This document shows, one piece after another, positions 56,496 through 64,000 of a DNA stretch of 64,000 bases. How positions within the stretch are numbered: the stretch's first letter is position 1; each line of letters starts with the position of its first letter. Below the pieces are notes generated by a model that was not told the DNA's origin, made no database searches, and saw nothing but the letters and a program-made list of their open reading frames with translations. Where the stretch lies: the NCBI GenBank assembly GCA_030141605.1, contig JAQGDQ010000001.1, positions 2,604,001-2,668,000 on the forward strand, written 5' to 3'. Position numbers and translations under genes: made by a program. Source of the DNA: Tubiluchus corallicola (taxonomy: Eukaryota; Animalia; Priapulida).

Positions 56496-57587
56496 ATGGA
56501 TGCCGGGGATTACGAAGATCACGTTGTAAAGCTGGTGGGCTTAATGATTGAAGACTGTAATTCTAGTTTTTCTTACAACAACAGTTCCCAAGTGATGGCA
56601 TTCCATACCATGTTACAACAGCAAGACACCATATTTCCAGTCACTTGTGCCATTATTATTATTGTCGGTTTGGTTGGAAACGGGCTGACTATTTTAAGCG
56701 TGTTATGCAACCCGGACATGAGGTGTGGCGCTAATATTTTGATAGCTAACATATCGGTCGCAGACATCTTGTTTTTGATATTCTGCTGCATGCCAGAAGC
56801 AGTACGATATCAAATGTGGTACTGGCCGTTTGGTAAGGGAATGTGTAAAGTTATGTACTTTTTTGCATCTGTGACATTGTACATGCGTATCTACACGCTG
56901 CTGTTGTTGAGTGTCGAACGGTTGCTGTCTCTGATGCATCCGGACATCAACCGTCGAGCGATGTACCTGATCATTGAGGGTGTCTTGTGGTTCGTTCTTT
57001 GCCTTAATAGCTTATTTGGCCCAATCGTGTCTGTTGTCACGCAGCTGTGCTACCCTTGGGAACGCGAACTGTATGAATGGTGTGTTCTAATGGGAGACAC
57101 TTTCAACGAATTTTGGTGGGGTATGTTCACCTTCTCGTTCCTTCTGCCATTGACTGGTGTAACTGTTATATTCGTCGTAATTATTTACCGTTATTGTTGT
57201 GGATATTCCCTGGGACGTACAATGGGAGAAGTACCCGATGCAAAATCAACAACGGTGACTGTCTTGCTAATGAGTGTTTTTTGTGTTGTTTGCTGGATGC
57301 CATTGTATTCCATTATGTTATCTCAGACTGGAGGAGCCGATGACATTCGCAATCACATAGAAATCTTCATTCACATGGGCCAAAGAGCTCCCATTGCTTA
57401 CATAATAGGCTATTGCAACATGTGCATATACCCGCTGTTGTACGTCACTTGTATGCCAGCATTCAGATGCGAATATACTCACTTGTTTTTGCTGAAGTGC
57501 CGCCACTCTGTGGCCAGGCGAACAAGAAGGGAGCAGTCCGATATGCTTGAAACAAGTAGTCTTAATCAGGCCACCATAGAATTGTGA
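56496..57587 (+). CDS. Class A (rhodopsin-like) GPCR, allatostatin-A/galanin receptor-like, 363 aa, single coding exon
   Basis: Seven hydrophobic segments. TM1 GLVGN, TM2 NISVADILF, ECL1 WPFG..MC, TM3 SVERL, TM4 W, TM5 FLLPL..Y, TM6 CWMP, TM7 NMCIYPLLY, helix-8 FR. N-terminal NSS/NNS glycosylation sequons. The ORF-track start at 56424 is a TTG in probable intron sequence. Confidence 0.93.
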   Translation: MDAGDYEDHVVKLVGLMIEDCNSSFSYNNSSQVMAFHTMLQQQDTIFPVTCAIIIIVGLVGNGLTILSVLCNPDMRCGANILIANISVADILFLIFCCMPEAVRYQMWYWPFGKGMCKVMYFFASVTLYMRIYTLLLLSVERLLSLMHPDINRRAMYLIIEGVLWFVLCLNSLFGPIVSVVTQLCYPWERELYEWCVLMGDTFNEFWWGMFTFSFLLPLTGVTVIFVVIIYRYCCGYSLGRTMGEVPDAKSTTVTVLLMSVFCVVCWMPLYSIMLSQTGGADDIRNHIEIFIHMGQRAPIAYIIGYCNMCIYPLLYVTCMPAFRCEYTHLFLLKCRHSVARRTRREQSDMLETSSLNQATIEL

Positions 57588-58874
57588 TCTAGAGCTAGAT
57601 GAAGCTATACTGCAACTTTAACCAACTGCTGCACTTCTGTGTAGCTCCCATATAGTTGAGCACAGGCTGCTTCAGGAAATCTAGATTGCGCACAGGTTAT
57701 AGTTCTGGTCAACATTGGAAAATGAGTTGATATATTTTTGTAATTTGATTAGATTAGCCACTTCTCACTCGTTTTAATTGCCGATTTCCTTCATTTTATT
57801 TTCTTTGATATTTCTAATTATGTACATTTTTCTTTTAGTTTCTTAAAAACAAAAATAGAAACAGTCACCGCTGTTGCAAAGCACTTACAGTGCATAAAGT
57901 ATAATTAGGTTTACATGCAGTTGATAGGTAACTGAAGACAACCAAGCCACAGATTTTAAGTAACTCCTGTGTAATATCATGCCTTACAAACTTAACTTTT
58001 TTATTTATATACGTAATGTATATAAAGCTTAACGATGTATTTTTCTGTAAATTTTTAATTTTTAATTACACCTATTAATTATTAATGTTAAATGTATTTA
58101 ATTAACTTCTTCGTCGTCATAATCTCTCTCTATAATTTATAGTTGTTGTCAGTTTTATTAGTTAATTAATAACTATTATTAATTAATCACGATGGAGGGC
58201 TCTCCTCTAAATCAGTAAATACGGTCATTACGTTACCTTGATAATCGTGCATGGATCATAAATCAGACTGTAATAATTATAGCTCCAAAAGGACAAGACT
58301 AATACAAGGCCAGCTTCTCTCTACAATCAAGACTAAATAAGCCCAGTATTTAATTAGCCAAGACGTTACTCGTAGCTAATCGCCCAAATCCAAGTTGATT
58401 CGACAGTATATTATGCCATAAGTTTCATGAATAGTGCTATGAATAATGCTACTGTACATTAAATAAAAGTAATTATATCTTCATTGTACATAATGGTTTA
58501 ATTACAATTATCGCTGTCTCAAATTTGAATAATGTACTATAATTATTACTGACATGATACGAAATAGTGGGGCACAAAAGAGGGAGTTTCACTTCTCTAT
58601 TTTATTTTCAGAGAGAACAATTAAAGTTTTTAAGTAATTACTTAAATTAACTATGCTGTTTATGCTTGTCAAATAAAAAAATTACTAAAATATATATTTC
58701 ACTTCTTACTTTGTATTCAGTCAACTCATTCATTCAAAAGGTGTTTCAGACAAATCTGGGATGCGATTAGAAGTCGGACTTCTCGGTGAAAAACTGGACA
58801 AGTTGGACAAGATAGTGGAATAGCCCATGCACTACTATTGAGCTTTAAAATTAAACTTCTCCGAAATGTAGAAA

Positions 58875-59076
58875 ATGTGAAGAAATCGGAACTGCGCCTA
58901 GATTTAAACCACGAGCCTTTAGAATACTGGTCAAGCGTCCAGCTCAGTGACTACTAAAATTACTAGATTTCGCAGCCGCAGTAGTGTCACTAAACTACTC
59001 AGCCTCAACTAGTAGTCTTGTGGTCACTGTGCTGGACCCTGGTTCAAATCCATACTCAGTCTCGACATTTTCACAT
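58875..59076. mobile_element. Palindromic element made of two divergent tRNA-like (Pol III promoter-like) arms
   Basis: 58875-58911 versus 59040-59076, about 27/37 inverted matches; the inner 58937-58966 versus 59009-59037 is also inverted. B-box GGTTCAAATCC at 59041-59051. Confidence 0.6.
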
Positions 59077-59971
59077 ATCTTTTTTTCAGTTAAGTTTCAG
59101 TTCATAATTCAATTATTTGAGTTTATTCCATCTTTCAAAAAATAATATTGAAATTAAAGTTATAAATAATTAGGTAGACAACATAGAGATCTTTTTTCAA
59201 AATTAATTTTTTGGCATTAAATTCTGCTGTTACAAAACTTGAAACAGAGCTGAAATTTGTGACAGTTGCATCAAGCGGTAAAGCTAACCCTAGTGTGTAA
59301 TTTTCTAAAACACGTCAAAATTACGTTATTCTGCGATGATTCTCATTATAAAGCTCATATAGCCGTAATCAACAGAATACATTCCAGTCATTATGCTGTA
59401 TAATACTTTGTTTAAGTAAACTAATATGCACCTCGCCCGTACATTGCTATAATCAATGTTTCATTAATGCTTGGCTTCATGGATAAATATTAGTAAGCTA
59501 ATTTGCCACATTGCACAGAAAAAAGTGTATAGAGCTGCGTGATTTGTTTGATGTTTGTCTTTTAATCAAGAAAATTGCGCCTTTCTAACAATAAATAATA
59601 GAGTCCTTTATAAGCAAAAGAATTCAGTTTACGTTCAAAATAATTTGGCTAATGAATAAAATATTATTGTGTAACAACTGACAACACAGAAACGTGAAGC
59701 TGAACTGCAAATTACCTATTATGCACAATTAAGGGCTACGAAATGGCACTTTGTAATATACGTTAGTACGGTAAAAGTTATAGAAACTTGTGTATTAATC
59801 GTGTATTTCCCTAAATAATACTGTTCGTTGCGCAAATTTTCGTTTACCATTTGTAATGGTCGTGAATGTGTTAAATAATTATGAGAAATCGTGCAGTTAT
59901 GACGACTTTATTTGGAATTTTTCGTGTATGTGACATGTCGCCGTGCATCATACTAGGCTTTCGTGGTTGCC

Positions 59972-60492
59972 AAGCCGCGCGGCAAAATTCCTCGAGGAAA
60001 AATTCCTTGGGGCATTCTTCAAGCATATTGCTTTGATGAGGATTCCTCGTGGAATTCAGATTAAAATTTAATTAGTCAATTAATTCTGACTTATTTAATG
60101 AACAGCAATTAACATAATTCAAGATAAGATTGTAAATTATTACTCTCTCTTTTATCACACAGACGGTTTTTTATTTTATAAGTGCAACTATTACAATAGT
60201 AGCACATTCGTGAAAAAGAGAAATAACATACGCTTTTAATTTTATACGCGTATATTCTGAAATTTTTAAGCGGTCAGTAGTTTGTTCAAAGAAAAACAAA
60301 CAGATCTTGACTAACACTATTAATTGTATTTTGTGTATGACAACTGCGGCAACTGTAACTTAATTTAGACGCGGTTTTTTTTCGCGAAATGGAGTTCTTG
60401 CTGCTTGGGCATTTCGCGAAAAAAATCGGAGATTTTCTGACAGCAATTCCGTGCTTCATTTTTCTTGGGTCTTCACTGTGAAATGGTCTTTA
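59972..60492 (-). mobile_element. Second, inverted copy of the 3.3-4.5 kb repeat family
   Basis: GCGCGGCAAAATTCCTCGAGGAA is near the reverse complement of 4410-4432. Further collinear matches run to about 60325. TIR-like TGTGAAATGGTCTTTA at about 60477-60492. Confidence 0.55.
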
Positions 60493-60847
60493 GGCTAGGC
60501 TTTTTGTTCAAAAATGGCGTCATCACTAAATCAAGTAATAACAAAAATCTTAGTATTAATGTTCAAGTTCAAGTCACTATCAGGCAGTAGATAAGCTGGA
60601 ACAGAATATATTGGAGAACCATAAAACCTAGAAGGTGGATTAATACTATAATACATCTAAGTTTTCAGTGTCCGGCGTGTGAAAAACCTACGGCAAAAAT
60701 ATTATGCAATTTACAGGTTTGTGAAGAAAATAAAACCCAATCTGTTAGCATTTCAATTAAGCTTCTAATTTTTCTTTTGCAAGTTGGTCTTAAACTTTTT
60801 CCAATGATTGCAAACGGCGATATTGTCTCATAATCACAGGACCAGTT

Positions 60848-61013
60848 GTCATTGGCTGGTTGAGGAACAAACGCTGCATGGACGCTGCACATCAAACGCT
60901 CAGTTTTCTGATGTCAAGCGTCTGGCTTTCGAAAAATCTTTCATTTCATGTGCTCAGCGACGTTTTGATTCTCGTTTTCAGATGCTGGACGCTTTGGTAT
61001 ATCTTAAGCATTA
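60848..61013 (+). mobile_element. Partial copy of the 35.3-kb MITE family
   Basis: Shares GTCATTGGCTGGT(T)GAGGAA...CAAACGCTCA and the TIR GCTGGACGCTTTGGTATATC...GCATTA. Confidence 0.55.
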
Positions 61014-63031
61014 GTAATATTCTTGTTGCTTCAAAATTTCAGTTTTCATATTCAATAAACCATAGGTCTAACGCACTATTGCTAAAAAGTTTTAGACTAA
61101 TACCATCCTTACTCCTGACGCACACAGTATGACAGCGACGCAGGGGCTTTGTGCACAGACCGCCCCTCCCGTCTCCCCGTCAAATGATTCTGAACGTACT
61201 ACGCTAGTGCAGGTGAGGTAGTGTAATGATGGGTGACATAGTGTTTGGAAGCCATCATCTTAAGTGCTCTTGTGTGACACTTTTTTAATTATTACTATCA
61301 GGATTGAAAAGGAAAGTTACCAAAATTTTAAACACCCTAATTTTCTTAATTTTAATAATTAAAGCGACTGCTAATTTTTCCACTATTTGCTTATTTCTCT
61401 CCTGTTATTTTTTTCATTTACATGTTTTTCGCTTCTTGCCTGTTACCTTCATTTATTCGTTTCATTTATGCGTTCGTTCATTCATTTATTCACTACTCAT
61501 TCGCCCATTAATACATGTATTTATTAATCATTTCGTTTATTCTCTCATTCATTATTTCATTTATTAATTCATTATTGTTTAATTTACTGGACTGAAGTAC
61601 ACATAATTGAACTTATTTAACAAGTTCGCCTCGAAGTTGGAACTACTGGTCAAGGAGATTCTGGACCAAAAATCTGGCTCTGGCAAACAGATGCTAAATA
61701 TTTTCTGTTATATTAATGTTTAGGTGTTTGCCGTCCTCAATGCCGTCATCTTGAATTCATGATGGTAAATCGAAAACTCAAAACTGTCAGTCGATGCAGA
61801 GTTTGTTTTAGTACATTCCTGCGAATTGGCAGAGACTTGAAAACTATGTTATCGCTGCCACCTTGATCTCAGAATGGTGGATCAAAAATCTGATTCAGTT
61901 AGTCAATACGAATTCGTTCTCGTAAATTCCTGTAAAGTTTCATGGCATTCAGTTGCAAATTTGCGGATCCTTGGGCTTTTTTCGAAAATGCTGTTAGAAC
62001 TGCCATCCTTACAACAACGACAACAACAAGAACAACATCTAGAAGAGTAGTGGTTTGACTCGAATCTCTCGACCATCAACCAGTAAGAATCTCTTGGTCG
62101 TTTTCGTCAGTCGTACATTTCACGAATAAACATAGGTGGCTGCTTAAGAATCTTGTGTATATGCGAGCTTCACAATTCGTAAGCTTTTTTTGTTTTACAC
62201 CTCTCGCTGATAAAGTTATGTACCAACTAGGCCTGTAATTACGCCGTTTTCGTCACGCGCACATTCACTTATCAGAATTAAATTTTAGTGGCGATTGTTT
62301 TCCATACTTTGTTGCCATCCTCTAGTGGCCTAGCTGATTTTTAATCAGCATAAATAGGCTTTGGTGCTCCTATCGTTCGGGAAGTAACGTAAACTCATCA
62401 CACGAACCATAGTTGCTTGACATTTTGCGCAATATAGAACAGCGCTTCCTGAATAACAGGATGCGAGAGCCCATCAGGTTCCAGCCATCTAATAATGAGC
62501 CCGAACAATTAAGAGGTTTCAGGTAAATATTCGTGCTCGTGATTGCGTTTCGCCTGCTTGATGACTAAGCGTGCCGAAATGACCGCCTAGAGGAAATACG
62601 TAGGTTGTCCCTTTCAAGAAACCTTTTATGTTCTTTATCGTTGTCTTCAAGCATATTACCAAACAGCATCCTTTGAAAAGAAACTAATCTTGTTGATTGC
62701 TGTTTTCTTATGTGAAATATGATGGCATACTCTTGTAAGGCCCGGCGATTTATTTAAAAAACGAATACGGAAATTATTTTTCTTGAGACCGGAAATTAAT
62801 TCTTCCTTCTGCGGCTCACTGGCTAAAGTCACGTGATTGTTGTGTTGTCCCGATTAAATTTGGCTAGAAATGTTTAATCTGGTCAAAGAAAAGGAACAGG
62901 ACAAGGGCAATTATTCTAAGGATAAATAGAGAAGCAATATATTATGAAAAAATGTTATTCAAAACTTTAAAACATAAAAACATCATCATCGTTTCGACTG
63001 CAGTTTACAAACAGCAACCACTTTTTATAAT

Positions 63032-63541
63032 CAGGCGCCACAGGGTCTGGGTCCATGACATACTCATGCAATGACATGAGATTGGAGCATACTGTCACCT
63101 GGTGACACAGCTGGAACTTGACAGCAAGAAATAACACGAATATGTCCACATATGTATATAGAACAGACGACGTTCTAATTTTGCGATTCCACACACATGG
63201 AAATATATTATCCCGCGTGCTGAACCTTGCCAGTGTAAATGCACACATCAAAAGCGCGACAAGATAATTTTATAGTCAGTTTAGTTTTTCTCTCTAGGCG
63301 CGCTCTCGACGTGCACGTTTACACTGGCGAGTTTCAGCACGCGCTTCGGCACTCGGGATAATATATTTCCATGTGTGTGGAATCGCAGAATTATAACATC
63401 ATAAGGTCCCACAAAACTGAGTACATACTCTAGCTTGTCTACTGACATACGACTGTCCAGTTCAGCTCTGTCAGCAGATGACAGTATGCTCCAAACTCAT
63501 GTCGTTGCAGGAGTATGTCATGGCAGAACCTGTGACTCCTG
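63032..63541. mobile_element. Near-fully palindromic 510-bp MITE-like element (CAGG...CCTG ends)
   Basis: 63032-63118 pairs with 63459-63541, and 63172-63258 pairs with 63299-63397 (for example TGCGATTCCACACACATGGAAATATATTATCCCG and its exact reverse complement). Central loop about 40 bp. Confidence 0.85.
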
Positions 63542-64000
63542 CATTCATCACTGAGTGATAGTAATCTTAATTGCAACAAACGATTCCTCTGTCTTCGTCG
63601 GAGAAGTAACATCAAAATTTCCAACCTGTTGCTAGCCATGATTATGATATTAACACAGTCTATGCATGCGCGAGTTTCTTTTTCCCCAACTCACTAGCAG
63701 AAAAGTTGCGATTCAAGCGGCGGAAACAAACATTGAAAATGTCGCAACACAATTGCAGTGAACTGACTTTTCCGCGCACTGCAAAGCATGCGAAATCGTG
63801 CACATAGAAAACGGGCCTAAGATTTTTAACTTTTACAGGCGAACACATGATTAGTCATTCTCATGTAGTGTAAGCTCTGCCAATAAAAACAGGTTATTGC
63901 TTATAAACTTTACCACACTGAAGATAAGTACTAGACTGTGCAGTTGAAACATCAGTAATACTTTTAATATTTAATGTTTTAAAGTTTTTTAATAAAGTTA

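Overview
AT-rich, repeat-dense eukaryotic genomic DNA, probably from an invertebrate animal; the taxon cannot be fixed from the sequence. Only one intact protein-coding gene is supported: a single-coding-exon class A GPCR (56496-57587, +) resembling allatostatin-A/galanin-type peptide receptors, with altered DRY and NPxxY motifs. The rest is non-coding. It holds microsatellites, a decayed LINE reverse-transcriptase remnant (about 22.1-23.1 kb), a 449-bp internally deleted RTE element with a 15-bp target-site duplication (TSD), a tRNA-headed SINE and several MITE-like inverted repeats. The most distinctive structure is a pair of related foldback-type elements (38177-41063 and 47116-49868). Their long inverted arms start with tandem arrays of a 16-bp unit (GTAGACTGGCGAAAAR), and the right array is expanded in both copies, to about 100 units with higher-order periodicity in one. 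Nearly all other ORFs in the track are repeat artefacts. All alignments and copy counts were done by eye.
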